Made by a program: the position numbers and the translations under genes. The notes beneath the pieces were generated by a model. That model saw nothing but the letters and a program-made list of their open reading frames with translations. It was not told the origin of the DNA and made no database searches. Positions 31,105 through 41,803 of a DNA stretch of 64,000 bases are shown here, one piece after another. The stretch's first letter is position 1; the number at the start of each line of letters is the position of its first letter. This stretch comes from an uncultured Acidobacteriota bacterium (GTDB lineage: Bacteria > Acidobacteriota > Blastocatellia > RBC074): positions 896,001 to 960,000 of the forward strand of contig CAWCKY010000007.1 of the NCBI GenBank assembly GCA_963796275.1, in the 5' to 3' direction.

Positions 31105-31826
31105 AGCCAAAAGCTGTTTTTCAATTATCACGACACCCGGCACGAAGTGCTTGGCGAAATTCCAACGCCGCAGAAGCGTTCAGATTTGTGCCAATGCTAT
31201 CCGTCGCAGCCGCGCGCAGGTCGCGCATCCGCTGGTGAGTCTGTAGTTTTGGGGGGACCTCGATGCGTCGGCTTCGTTCGGCCGCATCGAGAGAGTGGTA
31301 GATGCCGACACTACGACGGCGCAGATACACATACGAGTCACACATACGAGTCGATATCCAGGACAGCCGTGCGGGCTGCGAGATGCGCTTCCTCCAGGGC
31401 GGCGGTGAGGAAACGCGCCCAATTTGAGGCAAAGCGGTTCTGCCATGTCTCCGAACTGTCTCACGACATCTACCCAAGGATGTGATTTTGTCAGTACTTC
31501 GGGATGACTGATAGGTATGGCCGAAGATGTAGGTGTCACCCAGCCGCCACATACAGCAACGACGATCCGGCGCCCCCCAAATTGGCGTCTCAGTGACTTT
31601 CAGGAAAAATCATACGCTAAGCCAGACATTAAGCCAGACATTTTTGTATGGATAGCGCATCGCCTTTATTTGCAGGCATTCCACTTTTTAGAAATGCGCC
31701 TCCAGGGTCAGCGGTCTCTCTGATGAAGCGGAACGTGGGTTCGTTCGCCCGCTGCTATTCCTCCTTTCCGAGAGGGTGGCCTTTTATATTCTCCTTGCTT
31801 ACCGAGAGGGCGATGGTTATACTCAT

Positions 31827-31839
31827 CTCGGTAACCGAG
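31827..31839. promoter_or_regulatory. Candidate PadR autoregulatory operator
   Basis: Palindrome CTCGG-TAA-CCGAG overlapping the padR RBS; related CCGAGAGGG half-sites occur twice just upstream. Confidence 0.5.
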
Positions 31840-31848
31840 GAGGATTAT

Positions 31849-32184
31849 ATGAGCAAACCAACTGGCCTGGTCCAGGGCACACTGGATCTACTTATACTGA
31901 AGATCCTCGCATTAGAGCCCCTCAACGGCTGGGCGATCGGGCAGCGCCTGAAGCAAGTCTCCGGCGACGTCCTGCAGGTCAGCGACGGGTCGCTCTACCC
32001 CGCCTTGCACAAGCTTGAGCAGGAAGGCTGGATTACTGCGGAATGGAAGCCGAGTGAGAATAATCGCCGCGCCAAGCTCTATTCGCTGACCCGACTCGGA
32101 AGCCAGGAGCTGGAAAAAGAAGCTGCCAACTGGAATCGGCTCTCCACCGCTATCTCGCACGTGGTAAAACTCAAGGAGGCTTGA
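31849..32184 (+). CDS. PadR-family transcriptional regulator (acidobacterial type)
   Basis: LVQGTLDLLILKIL, GSLYPALHKLE, SENNRRAK; GAGGAGG RBS; directly upstream of an ADOP permease. Confidence 0.95.
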   Translation: MSKPTGLVQGTLDLLILKILALEPLNGWAIGQRLKQVSGDVLQVSDGSLYPALHKLEQEGWITAEWKPSENNRRAKLYSLTRLGSQELEKEAANWNRLSTAISHVVKLKEA

Positions 32185-32187
32185 GAA

Positions 32188-34924
32188 ATGCGTATTGAAC
32201 GCTGGTTTTACACCATCCCATTGCGGTTACGCTCGCTGTTCCGCCGTTCCCAGGTGGAGCAGGAACTGGACGAGGAACTCAGCTATCACCTCGATCGACA
32301 AATTGAAGAACACATCGCCAAAGGCATGACGCCGGAAGAGGCGCGCTATGCCGCAATGCGCGCCCTGGGTGGCGTCGAGCAGCGGAAGGAGGAGTGCCGC
32401 GACGCTCGTGGAGTGCTGTGGCTTGAATATCTGTGGCAGGACCTGCGCTACGGCATTCGGATGCTGGTGAAGAATCCCGGCTTCACACTCACAGCTGCTA
32501 TCTCATTGTCGGTAGGAATCGGAGTTAACTCCACCGTATTTGGTTTCGTCAACGCGATCTTATTCAAGTCAATTTCTGTTTCTAACAGCGAGGGGCTGGT
32601 CTACGTTTTTGCAGGTGATCGCCGCAACCTGTATAGATCCTGCTCTTACCATAACGACATGCAATTTCGCGAACAGAATGACGTTTTTTCCGGGTTGGCG
32701 GCTTACGCGGCGCCGCCTATGTTGATGACAACCGGTGAGCAGACCAAAGAAATAAGCTCAGAGGTAGTAACCGGAAACTACTTCTCTGTTTTTGACGTCC
32801 CGATGCAGCGAGGACGAGCATTTACGGCTGCTCACGATCAATTGTCGTTCACTGAGCTCAACGCCGTGATTAGCGATAATTTCTGGAAACGGCGTTTCAA
32901 CTCGGATCCGGACATAGTCGGCAAACAACTGATCCTCAACGGCAACAGGTTCTTCGTTATCGGGATCGCTTCGCCTGTGTTTACCGGTACTGACCCCACG
33001 AATATAACGGACATCTGGGTTCCCGTCACCCAATGGGCCACAATAGTTCCAAAGGTAGTCGCTGCACCAACCGTCGGACCATCTCCTCAAACAACCGGCG
33101 CCGCGCAACCCAACAACGCAGCCACAGCCCCGCAGGCACAGGACAATGGCAGACTTAGTCGCAGTCAGAATTGGTTGCAAATGGTCGGGCGCCTGAAACC
33201 GGGTGTTTCTCTAGAACAGGCCCAAGTAGTGATGACGTTGATCGCCAGCCGTTTGCAGGACTCCAATACAGCCGCGGACGAACAATATAGAATAACTCTT
33301 TCGTCAGTGACCGCGGTCCATCCTGAAATTCTTCACCAGGTAATTCCGGACGTGTTATTCGTGATGGCAGTAACAAGCCTCATTCTTATGATCTGTTGCG
33401 TCAACGTGTCCAGTCTGATGTTGTCGCGCGCGGTCGCTCGCCAGAAAGAGTTTGCAATCCGTATCGCCCTTGGCAGCAGTAGGCAGCGGCTCATTCGGCA
33501 ATTGTTAACCGAAGCCATGGTCCCTCTCACTCCTGGGCGGCATTCTCGGACTCGTGTTTGCTTATTGGACCACTCGCGCTGTACTCGGATTTATACCTCC
33601 TGGCGATCTCGGTCTTTCCGCTGGAGTCGCCCTAGATCAGCGAGTGCTCTGGTATTCGCTGGTGATCTCGGTGGTGACTGGTCTCCTCTCCGGATTGCCT
33701 CCCGCGTTGCATAGCTTTCGACCAAATCTTGTGCAATCGCTCGGAGCCGCAACCATGTCGAGCCGCAGCGGAAGGAGAAAGATCAACCTGCGGCGTGTGC
33801 TGGTGGTCATACAGATCGTCGCCTCTTTGGTTTTGTTGATTTCGACGGGACTATTCCTGCGCAGCTTTCAGGAAGGGCAGTCGATTAGCAAGAACTTCCT
33901 GAGCGACAAGATTTTGCTCCTCAACCTCAGTCCGGGTTACGGCTACTCCGTAAAATACAACAAGGCGTTTTACAGGCAGTTACTCGCCAGAATCGGCGCG
34001 ACACCGGGCGTGGAGTCGGTAACGTTGTCGAATGTACTACCGTTGACGATGTACAAGGACAACGTCTGGGTCAGCGTCGAAGGAAGAGAATCGAAAGACC
34101 TGCAGCGTGCAATCGTTGCGGAAAACTATTTTCAGACTCTTAAGATTCCGATTGTTCGTGGCCGGGAGTTTGACGCTTCTGATGACGGAGCTGCGAGCCG
34201 CGTAGTAATAATCAACGAAGCGATGGCTCGCACCTACTGGCCTGACGAGAATCCGCTCGGCAAAGTGATCGATATGGCGGGCAAGCCGTACGAGGTCATT
34301 GGAGTTGCGAAGGACAGTCCTTACAGTAGCTTCGGGAAAAGTTCAGAGCCATTTCTTTACTCCTGGCTTTATCAACGTCCCGACGAGAATGTTTCGTTGA
34401 TTGTTCGCACGTCTGGTCAACCTACAAGCATGATCGGTACAGTCCAGCGAGAGCTGAAGGAGCTCGGAGGAAACCTGCCGATATTCGATTTTAAGACTCT
34501 CAACGACGTGTCCAACTCTCAGCTCGTTCCCGTTAAAGCGGCTGTGGCTCTACTAAGCTTGCTCAGTTTAATCGGGCTGATCGTGGCGTCGATAGGAATT
34601 TACGGCGTTACCTCTTATGCCTACAACCAGCGGCGACGCGAGATCGGTATTCGCATGTCGCTGGGAGCGCAGCGCACCGATATCTTGCGACTGATTATGA
34701 AAGAAGGTGTGAGCCTGGCACTCGTGGGTATCGGAATCGGAGTGTTGCTGGCTTTGGGCACCACGCATTTAGTGTCGCGGATCCTCTATGGTGTCAGCCC
34801 GGTTGATCCAATCGTGTTTATCGTGGTATCGGCACTGCTCGCCGCGGTGGCGATCGGGGCGAGTTTGGTCCCCGCCCTCACGGCAGCGAAGTCGAATCCG
34901 GTAGAGCTGCTTAGATACGAATAA
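32188..34924 (+). CDS. ADOP-family ABC permease, split by one frameshift near 33523
   Basis: ELDEELSYHL...KEECRDARG...QDLRYGIRML; C-terminus NPVELLRYE. Removing one C from GTCCCTCTC restores EAMVLSLLGGILG. Confidence 0.88.
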
Positions 34925-34968
34925 AGTGGCTTTGCACAAAAAGTCAGTTCTGGTTCTTTAAGGTCTTT

Positions 34969-34995
34969 GCTCCGTAGGAGCAGGATGTTTATAGC
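34969..34995 (+). repeat. REP-like hairpin + TTTATAGC tail (copy 2)
   Basis: GCTCC-gta-GGAGC-AGGATGTTTATAGC; abuts the gene remnant at 35000-35255. Confidence 0.5.
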
Positions 34996-34999
34996 TCCG

Positions 35000-35255
35000 A
35001 GATAGTAGACCTTTTGAAACGGAGCCGGGCCGCTGATATTGCCATTGCCATTCACGACGATGAGATATTCTCCGGGCGGAATATTCTCCAGTTGATAACC
35101 TCCCTGGAAATTCGTATAACCGAACTGCCAGGAAGCGGTGGAACCCGACGGATAGTGCAACAGAGAACAGACAACTGCTCAGCGCGCTTCCCTTTCGGTT
35201 GTAGAGCCAGGGACATATTGGGTAGTAGGCGCCCATCGGCATCTCGCACGTTTCC
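35000..35255 (-). pseudogene. Frameshifted remnant of a carboxypeptidase-regulatory-like (Ig-fold) domain protein
   Basis: Pieces in different frames: GNVRDADGRLLPNMSLAL and YTNFQGGYQLENIPPGEYLIVVN...PFQKVYY. Confidence 0.6.
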
Positions 35256-35519
35256 GGCCTAGAGTGTCAAGGAGAGATTGAACGGATGGTCGATATGCTA
35301 ACAATTTAGAATGGAAAAAGATGTCGCATAGGTGTTTCGTTCCGGTCAGGACCATGGGCAACGTACAAATTCCCTTTGACACTCCAGCCCCTATTTATTG
35401 TACATGTGGAGAGAGCAACCGAAGGTCTTAGCAAGTTGGGCCGCCTGCTGGTCAGTGGGGTAGAATTTATATTTGAATGCCTTCTGCACTACAAAAATAT
35501 TTTATCTCACATAGATGCT

Positions 35520-35639
35520 GTGGTAAGGCCCGTTAATCGTGGACGAAGCGCTCACGATGCGAAATTTATCTCCATCCAAGCTCGCCAAGATGCTTGCTAT
35601 GGATGGAGCATTCTTTCGCGGATTTTGATAAATTGTCAC
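35520..35639. ncRNA. Unidentified structured RNA/ssDNA element, copy B
   Basis: Homologous to 12879-13003. ATCGTG/CACGAT hairpin, stems GCGAAA/TTTCGC and CTCCATCCA/TGGATGGAG, loop CAAGAT. Confidence 0.6.
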
Positions 35640-35755
35640 TCGCCCTTTGACTGGAATGCTGGGCTCATGCGACTGTTGCTTGGTCGTAGCAAGACCACTA
35701 GCGCGACTACATCGCATGGGGAGTTTTCTTTTTTTGTGAATATGGGGAGATTGAA

Positions 35756-36523
35756 ATGAAGACATCCTTGAGCGCCAAGGAGACAATGCCCGTTAATGAG
35801 ATGCAAATGTACTATGAGATACATGGGCAAGGAGAGCCACTGGTCCTGCTGCACGGCTTCACTGGATCGGGCGCCAATTGGGAGCTCATCTTTAAGGCAC
35901 CGCCCAATGGATATCAACTGATCATCCCAGATCTGCGCGGCCACGGCCGGTCAACCAATCCATCAATAGTATTTACGCACCGCCAATCCGCGCTCGACGT
36001 GTTTGCATTGCTCGATCGATTGAAGATAGAGCGATTCAAGGCAATTGGCATGAGCTGTGGAGCCAAGACTCTCCTTCATCTGGCCACTCAACAACCGAAC
36101 CGAGTTGAGTCCATGGTGTTGATCAGTGCCGCGCACTATTTCCCAGAACTGGCCCGAGCCCTCATGCGCCAAATGACGGTTGACAGCCGAACAGATGAAG
36201 AATGGCAATTCATGCGACAACAACATAAACACGGCGATGATCAGATTCGAGCTTTGTGGACGCAAGGCAATGCCTTCAAAGATAGCTACGACGATATGAA
36301 TTTCACGCCTCCCTATTTGTCGACCATCACAGCCCGTACCCTGATTGTACATGGTGATCGGGACCCCCTCTATCCAGTCGACATTTCGATAGAAATGTAC
36401 AAAGCGATTGGTCAGTCGTATCTCTGGATCATTCCGAACGGTGGACATGTCCCAATCCTTGGCGAGATGGCAGACCGTTTTGCCGAGACCTCGTTAGCAT
36501 TCTTGCGCGGCGAATGGCATTAA
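35756..36523 (+). CDS. Alpha/beta fold hydrolase
   Basis: LVLLHGFTG, DLRGHGRS, nucleophile GMSCGA, HGDRD, GGH. Confidence 0.9.
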   Translation: MKTSLSAKETMPVNEMQMYYEIHGQGEPLVLLHGFTGSGANWELIFKAPPNGYQLIIPDLRGHGRSTNPSIVFTHRQSALDVFALLDRLKIERFKAIGMSCGAKTLLHLATQQPNRVESMVLISAAHYFPELARALMRQMTVDSRTDEEWQFMRQQHKHGDDQIRALWTQGNAFKDSYDDMNFTPPYLSTITARTLIVHGDRDPLYPVDISIEMYKAIGQSYLWIIPNGGHVPILGEMADRFAETSLAFLRGEWH

Positions 36524-36924
36524 ACTGATCATTCCACCAGGCACTGACACTTTATAGGTTAAACGTCTGACTCTTTGTGCTTTTAGTGACACCAAGCCCA
36601 AGAGCGAAGATCACGACTCCGAAGACAGTCAGTATATGGTTAAGTAATAATCTGTGGATTAAGGCAAAAGTTTGGCCGTGAAACGGACCATAGTCTGGCC
36701 AAGCCACGAGGATTCTACAGGGCTTAGAGACACTCCCGGAATCCTGGGGGACTGCAAAATCAACCATAGTTCGACCGAGCGATGGGCTGCGAGATCCACG
36801 CGCTCAGATCTGCTGGCGTCAGGAAATTCGCTTGCGGCCTTGGGGCAGCGAAGTCGCGTCGAGTGATGAGACCTGGCTCGAACGGTCGGACCGGCATCCG
36901 GCCCGGAGAACTCATCGACCGAGT

Positions 36925-37698
36925 TCAGTTTTCGAAATAGGTCCCACTAATTGAGATGGCCAAGACATATCTGCATGATCGGGTGATCTCCCCGAAGACG
37001 GCCTTCACATCCTGAAGCTCCTGAACGTTGGTTGTCATATGTGGGCCGGTATGTCTCATCTGGATGGAGTCCATCCAACTGAGATCAACGGTCTCTTTCT
37101 CGGCATATGCAACGACCATGGCCAACCCGTTCTGATAGTACGGGCCTGGGGGGCTCAGATCGGAGACTAGGTGTTTGCGGTTGCGATCTCCGCCGGAAGG
37201 CGGTACGGGGTAACCACGATGGTAACCACGACGCAGATCATCATAGTCGGTCATGATTCTTTGAATGGAACTGTAGTCGGGCGAAGTCCAGCCGTGATGA
37301 TTGAGCAGCATCTCAAATTTGATCATTTGCGCTTGAAAATCGCCATTGAAACCATAGAACTGTGTGGCGCGAAACTCGCAGCGATGAGCATACGAATCCA
37401 CGATCTTCCACTTGGCTTCCCCTTGGTAGCACTGATCGTGAGTGGCGATCGCATATCTGGTGAAACCCGGGATGGTATCCAACACCTTGAATGTTGCCTC
37501 GATGTCATTCTTCATGGAAGCCCTGCGATTGATAATCGCTGGGTTCTTGAGGTCCGGTGCCGGGATTCTGCGTTTGCGCATCCCTTCGAGGCCACCAGAG
37601 AATACAAAAGGTAGATAGACATAGAAAAATAGGGGCGGGATGGCCAGCACTGTCAGGATCAGTGAACTGATCACAATCGCCTTCTTCTTTCGACCCAT
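36925..37698 (-). CDS. Hypothetical protein with N-terminal membrane anchor
   Basis: Start reassigned to MGRKKKAIVISSLIL (GGAGG RBS); one hydrophobic segment; no family recognised. Confidence 0.65.
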   Translation of the reverse strand: MGRKKKAIVISSLILTVLAIPPLFFYVYLPFVFSGGLEGMRKRRIPAPDLKNPAIINRRASMKNDIEATFKVLDTIPGFTRYAIATHDQCYQGEAKWKIVDSYAHRCEFRATQFYGFNGDFQAQMIKFEMLLNHHGWTSPDYSSIQRIMTDYDDLRRGYHRGYPVPPSGGDRNRKHLVSDLSPPGPYYQNGLAMVVAYAEKETVDLSWMDSIQMRHTGPHMTTNVQELQDVKAVFGEITRSCRYVLAISISGTYFEN

Positions 37699-37902
37699 TC
37701 TTACCTCCGGAAATTCAGAAGCTGGGAAGAGCCACAATTGGGGCACTATAACACACCGAAATGAAATCCCAGAGAAAAGACTGCTGCCAAGGTAGCGTCC
37801 CATGTGGTCTGTGGGTTGCAGATCGATCAAATTCTGTCCTTCGCGGCCATTCTATGGTTTAGCTTATATAATCTTCTGTGTCCAATTTATGATTTGATCT
37901 CG

Positions 37903-37914
37903 TTATCAGACGCA
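37903..37914 (-). other. XerC-arm-like half site TGCGTCTGATAA
   Basis: Intergenic; reverse complement of 37901-37914 is identical to 11280-11293. Confidence 0.45.
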
Positions 37915-38118
37915 GGACGCACCAGAACTCCGGGAGCGAGGTAAAATTTTTTATATGCAATTGTCAAAAAAGTTCACGTCCGGGCTGTGACTGTGATGTA
38001 TGAAATCTTTATCGGCCGTTTCTTCAACCGAATTGAATTGATTTGATCGGTGATATAATCCATTCCGACATTGCTTACTAATATTTTAACTTTTATTTAA
38101 TCGTTACGATTTTAATCG

Positions 38119-40500
38119 ATGTATATACGCCGAATGCCTTGGAGACTTTTCTTTTCCATCTTCAAGGAAGCGTTACCATTCATTACGCTCTCTTTTTTCA
38201 TACTCACCACGCTGGTATTTATTCAGCAGGTTAGTAAGACTTCGAATTTTCCGTTGTTATTTCATGTTACACCTCTGATCACCTATCGTTTTCTGCTGAG
38301 TTTGATTCCCAATATAGTGGTAATCACGCTGCCGATCGCGTTGCTGATCGGCACCGTCATCACGTGCAGCCGTTTATCATCTGATGGCGAGCTGACGGCC
38401 GCGCAATCACTGAGCGTCAGTAAATTCAATCTCGCTCTGCCGTTCATTACTCTGGGACTTCTCGGCACTATGCTCACATTTTATCTTTCAAGCTACGTAA
38501 CCCCGAGCGCAATGAAAGAGCTGAAAGCGTTAAGAGATACAGTGTTGATCCATGCGGCTCGTACGCGGATCAGGCCCGACACTTTCATCGACTCTTTTCC
38601 CGATGTGCTGTTATACGTCCAGGATGTAGATACTCGCACCGGCGAATGGCTCGGCGTCTTCATTCTTCAACATGATGCGCAGCACGGCGTCTCAAAACTG
38701 CTGACTTCCGAGAGGGGGCAACTGACTCTCACTACGACCCCTACGATTACACTCGAGGCGGCGCTCTATAGCGGGTTATCCCTGGAGAGCAAGCTGACGC
38801 AAAACACGACGTCAGAGGATTCTAACTCTCAAACCGTAATTAAATTCGACAAATTCACAATCCAGTTATCCGGAAAAGGAGCGGGTGGGAACGGGGCCCA
38901 AGATTCTACGGAGATGTCCGAGATGACACTGAGTGAGGTCGCGCGGGTTGCAAGAGGGAATGGTAAAGATAAACTTCAAGCCAGGGTTGAATGGCACAGA
39001 CGACTCGCTTTTTCGTTTGCCTCTCTGACGCTGACTTGCATAACTTTTATTATAGCTCTTAGAGGCAAAAGGTTATCGACGCGACCGCGAACCGTCATCC
39101 TTATACTGTTTGTCGCGATGGCATTCTACCTGCTACTGATTGCCGGACAAAACCTGGCACTCTCAGGCGCGGTTCCCGCCTGGCTGGGCACCTGGTTTTC
39201 CACCCTATTGATCGCAGCCTATGTAATCAAGTCGTTTATTACTAATAAGCAATTTATATCTTTTTCCTTCGCTCCCGGTTTATTCGCCTGGTTTCCCAGT
39301 TCCCTACCCTTTTCGCCCTCCACGGACGGTGGGAACAAGAAAAAAAATTGGATAAGTATCAGCCCGGCCCGGCGTAGATTGATACCATCTGGTTTCAGCA
39401 TTCTGAATCTCATAAACTACATGATAGTAAGTGAGATCGCCAAATATTTTCTCCTGACTCTGATGGCGCTGGTTGTCACATCGATCATCTTCACCCTCTT
39501 CGACCTCATACCGTCAATGGCAAAGAGCGGAACTACTATAGGTTATGCCGCCAGCTATCTCGCCTATCTTGCACCGCAGTTTGCCTACACCGTATCACCG
39601 TTCGCGATGTTGGTTGCGATATTGATGGGATGCAGTGTCCTGGCCAGAAGCAATCAGCTCGTCGTCATCGCGAGCGCGGGACAGAGCAAGATGCGAAGCA
39701 CTACAGCGATTATGGTTGCCGCGCTCACCTTGGGATTCGGCCTCTGGTTCTTTTCCGATTACCTGCTTCCTTTTACGAATCGCGAGCAGGATGTACGCTA
39801 TCATAAAATCAAGAACAAGCAGTTGGAACAAACTACCATTGCCTTTGGGAAGAAATGGGTATTCGGACAAAACAATATCATCTACAGTTACCAGCGGATC
39901 GAAGGCAATAATAATCTGGTTAATGCTTCCATGTATTACCTCTCTCCCAAAAAAGGAGTGATCGAAAGAGCCACGCACTTTGGTGACGCAGTCCAACAAT
40001 CGCCCAATTTGTGGCGAGCGACAAATGGATGGATAGACATCATCAAACCCGATCTCGAAATAGCCAGAGAGAAACTGGATAACGGCAATCAACTTATTCG
40101 CATAGAGGATGGTCCCAACCTCTTCAGGCGGATGGTGAACGAATCGAGCAAAATGGCTTCAAGGGATCTGGATAACTACATCAAACAATTGGCTGGAATT
40201 GGAATTTCAACGATCGACTATAAGATAGACCTTCTGAAAAGGCTGGCGTTTCCCTTCTCCTGCTTATCTCTCGCTCTCATGGCAATGCCGTTTGCCATCA
40301 CCAAGCGCGCAAGAAGATCGACTCCTATTATGAGTATTACGCTTGGCGTCGGCATCAGCGTGGCATTCTTGTTTCTGATGACATTTTTCGAGGCCGCTGC
40401 CAAGCAGGCAAGCTTACCTGTAACTTTGGCGGTATGGGGCCCACAAATACTCATGCTCGCGTTTGGAATGTACCTGAATTTTCGATACCGCTCACAATAG
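38119..40500 (+). CDS. Fused LptF/LptG LPS export ABC transporter permease
   Basis: 793 aa with two YjgP/YjgQ-type halves: RLSSDGELTAA and EWHRRLAF, then LARSNQLVVIASAG and KRLAFPFSCL...AVWGP. Confidence 0.88.
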   Translation: MYIRRMPWRLFFSIFKEALPFITLSFFILTTLVFIQQVSKTSNFPLLFHVTPLITYRFLLSLIPNIVVITLPIALLIGTVITCSRLSSDGELTAAQSLSVSKFNLALPFITLGLLGTMLTFYLSSYVTPSAMKELKALRDTVLIHAARTRIRPDTFIDSFPDVLLYVQDVDTRTGEWLGVFILQHDAQHGVSKLLTSERGQLTLTTTPTITLEAALYSGLSLESKLTQNTTSEDSNSQTVIKFDKFTIQLSGKGAGGNGAQDSTEMSEMTLSEVARVARGNGKDKLQARVEWHRRLAFSFASLTLTCITFIIALRGKRLSTRPRTVILILFVAMAFYLLLIAGQNLALSGAVPAWLGTWFSTLLIAAYVIKSFITNKQFISFSFAPGLFAWFPSSLPFSPSTDGGNKKKNWISISPARRRLIPSGFSILNLINYMIVSEIAKYFLLTLMALVVTSIIFTLFDLIPSMAKSGTTIGYAASYLAYLAPQFAYTVSPFAMLVAILMGCSVLARSNQLVVIASAGQSKMRSTTAIMVAALTLGFGLWFFSDYLLPFTNREQDVRYHKIKNKQLEQTTIAFGKKWVFGQNNIIYSYQRIEGNNNLVNASMYYLSPKKGVIERATHFGDAVQQSPNLWRATNGWIDIIKPDLEIAREKLDNGNQLIRIEDGPNLFRRMVNESSKMASRDLDNYIKQLAGIGISTIDYKIDLLKRLAFPFSCLSLALMAMPFAITKRARRSTPIMSITLGVGISVAFLFLMTFFEAAAKQASLPVTLAVWGPQILMLAFGMYLNFRYRSQ

Positions 40501-40611
40501 GCATAAAAAATCGAGATGTTGCGCGAGTTCTTCAACGATGGCGTTCTCCCATGTTGGCACAAGTTGTAGCCTTGCCAGCTGCCGTCCGATCTCTGGTTTC
40601 CTGCCAGGCAT
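40492..40611 (-). pseudogene. N-terminal remnant of an ADOP permease
   Basis: MPGRKPEIGRQLARLQLVPTWENAIVEELAQHLD resembles the ADOP prefix MPDWK-EIR-RLA-L-L-PTRE--IVEELAQHLD; truncated at the 3' end of lptFG. Confidence 0.75.
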
Positions 40612-40660
40612 CGCGGTTCTTCCTTCGGCTTTTGATCTGCTTGGCGTTTTTCGCACCTTT

Positions 40661-41389
40661 TCATTTGGAGACGCGCAGATTGGTGAAGTGCGCGACCGTT
40701 CCTGTCCCAACCCATAACGCAATCTGGCCCTGGCTTTGTCCTTGTTTGAGATCGTTGACAACTAACACAGGCTGCGGCGCGTCATGCACGTACAAGCGCG
40801 CTTTGTCGCCGCGCACTTCGATCTTCACTTTCGTCCACTCGCCCGGCACGAGGTCTACGTAGCTTTCGTACTTTTCCGGGAACTCCTTGCGCAATCGGGG
40901 CCAGGGGAAGTCCGGGTAAGAGATGTACTGCGTCGAATGGTTGCGCCGCACCTGATCGTCGGCGCGGCCATTGGTCGGGCGCAGGTAAAAGCATTCATAT
41001 TGGGCCGCGTCAGCCGCAACGCGAAAGGCAACGCCAACAAAGCCGCGCGCTCCTGCGCCCGCATTGGCAGCAGGTTCGCCCGTCAACTCGATTTCGATCA
41101 CGCCGTCCTGAAATTGAGTCTTGTTCAAGACAACGAGTTGAATTCCGTCGGCGACGTTGGCCGGTGCAGCGTCAGTTGCGCGCAACGCTTTTCGACCCTT
41201 GTAACTCACCTGTTCCGTTTTCACATTGCGGGGCTGCATTTCGCTCGGATTGTCCAGTCGAATGGTTGTCGTCTTGACCTGTGTGAATCCAGTACCCAGC
41301 ACCATTGTCAGCACAGTCATCAGGATGAAGCGCGGTTGTTTCATTAACCGGCACGCACGGAAGTGCCGGTCTTGCCGAAGTCTTTGCAT
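40661..41389 (-). CDS. Secreted DUF1080/ConA-like beta-sandwich protein with ADOP-derived leader
   Basis: AGGAGG RBS; FQDGVIEIEL, RGFVGVAFR, FYLRPTNGR, GEWTKVKIEV, HFTNLRV. The N-terminus resembles the ADOP QDLR-G-R-L-K-PGF motif. Confidence 0.75.
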   Translation of the reverse strand: MQRLRQDRHFRACRLMKQPRFILMTVLTMVLGTGFTQVKTTTIRLDNPSEMQPRNVKTEQVSYKGRKALRATDAAPANVADGIQLVVLNKTQFQDGVIEIELTGEPAANAGAGARGFVGVAFRVAADAAQYECFYLRPTNGRADDQVRRNHSTQYISYPDFPWPRLRKEFPEKYESYVDLVPGEWTKVKIEVRGDKARLYVHDAPQPVLVVNDLKQGQSQGQIALWVGTGTVAHFTNLRVSK

Positions 41390-41420
41390 GGTTCCTCCTT
41401 TTATTATTGTGTTTCGGGCA

Positions 41421-41630
41421 TTCGCTTCGTAAAGCAATCATCGGGTCTACCTTTGTCGCCCGCCGCGCCGGCACGTAGCAGGCCAGCAGCGCAATGGCGA
41501 CCAGCAACAGCGCGATTCCTGCGAACGTCAAAGGGTCGTTTGCGCTGACGCGAAATAATAGACTGGACATCCAGCGCGTGAGGAAGAACGCCGACGACAA
41601 GCCAATCACGATGCCGAATACACCGACGGC
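41421..41630 (-). pseudogene. C-terminal remnant of an ADOP permease
   Basis: IGLSSAFFLTRWMSSLLFRVSANDPLTFAGIALLLVAIALLACYVPARRATKVDPMIALRSE; upstream body missing and stop codon lost. Confidence 0.85.
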
Positions 41631-41690
41631 AATGCATTTTGTTTCCTGTGCAAGCGATACGGTCCGATATGCCTTCCTTCCACCGCGCGG

Positions 41691-41780
41691 CTATGCCAGA
41701 CAGTCATTGGCGAGCAGACGTTCGACCTCGGCCAGCAGCCCTGATCGCCGGCGCAAACTTTGCCGGTGTTCTGACGGCAT
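41691..41780 (-). pseudogene. N-terminal remnant of an acidobacterial-type Ser/Thr kinase
   Basis: AGGAG RBS + MPSEHRQ; VCAGDQ and LLAEVERLLA in adjacent frames match the ACAGD--L--EVE-LL kinase prefix. Confidence 0.55.
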
Positions 41781-41803
41781 TTCTCCTAGAGCCTTGTCAA
41801 TTG

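Noticed and set aside
31121-31600. Overlapping 110-140 aa ORFs between msrB and padR
   Set aside because: No recognisable domain in any frame; probably degraded sequence.
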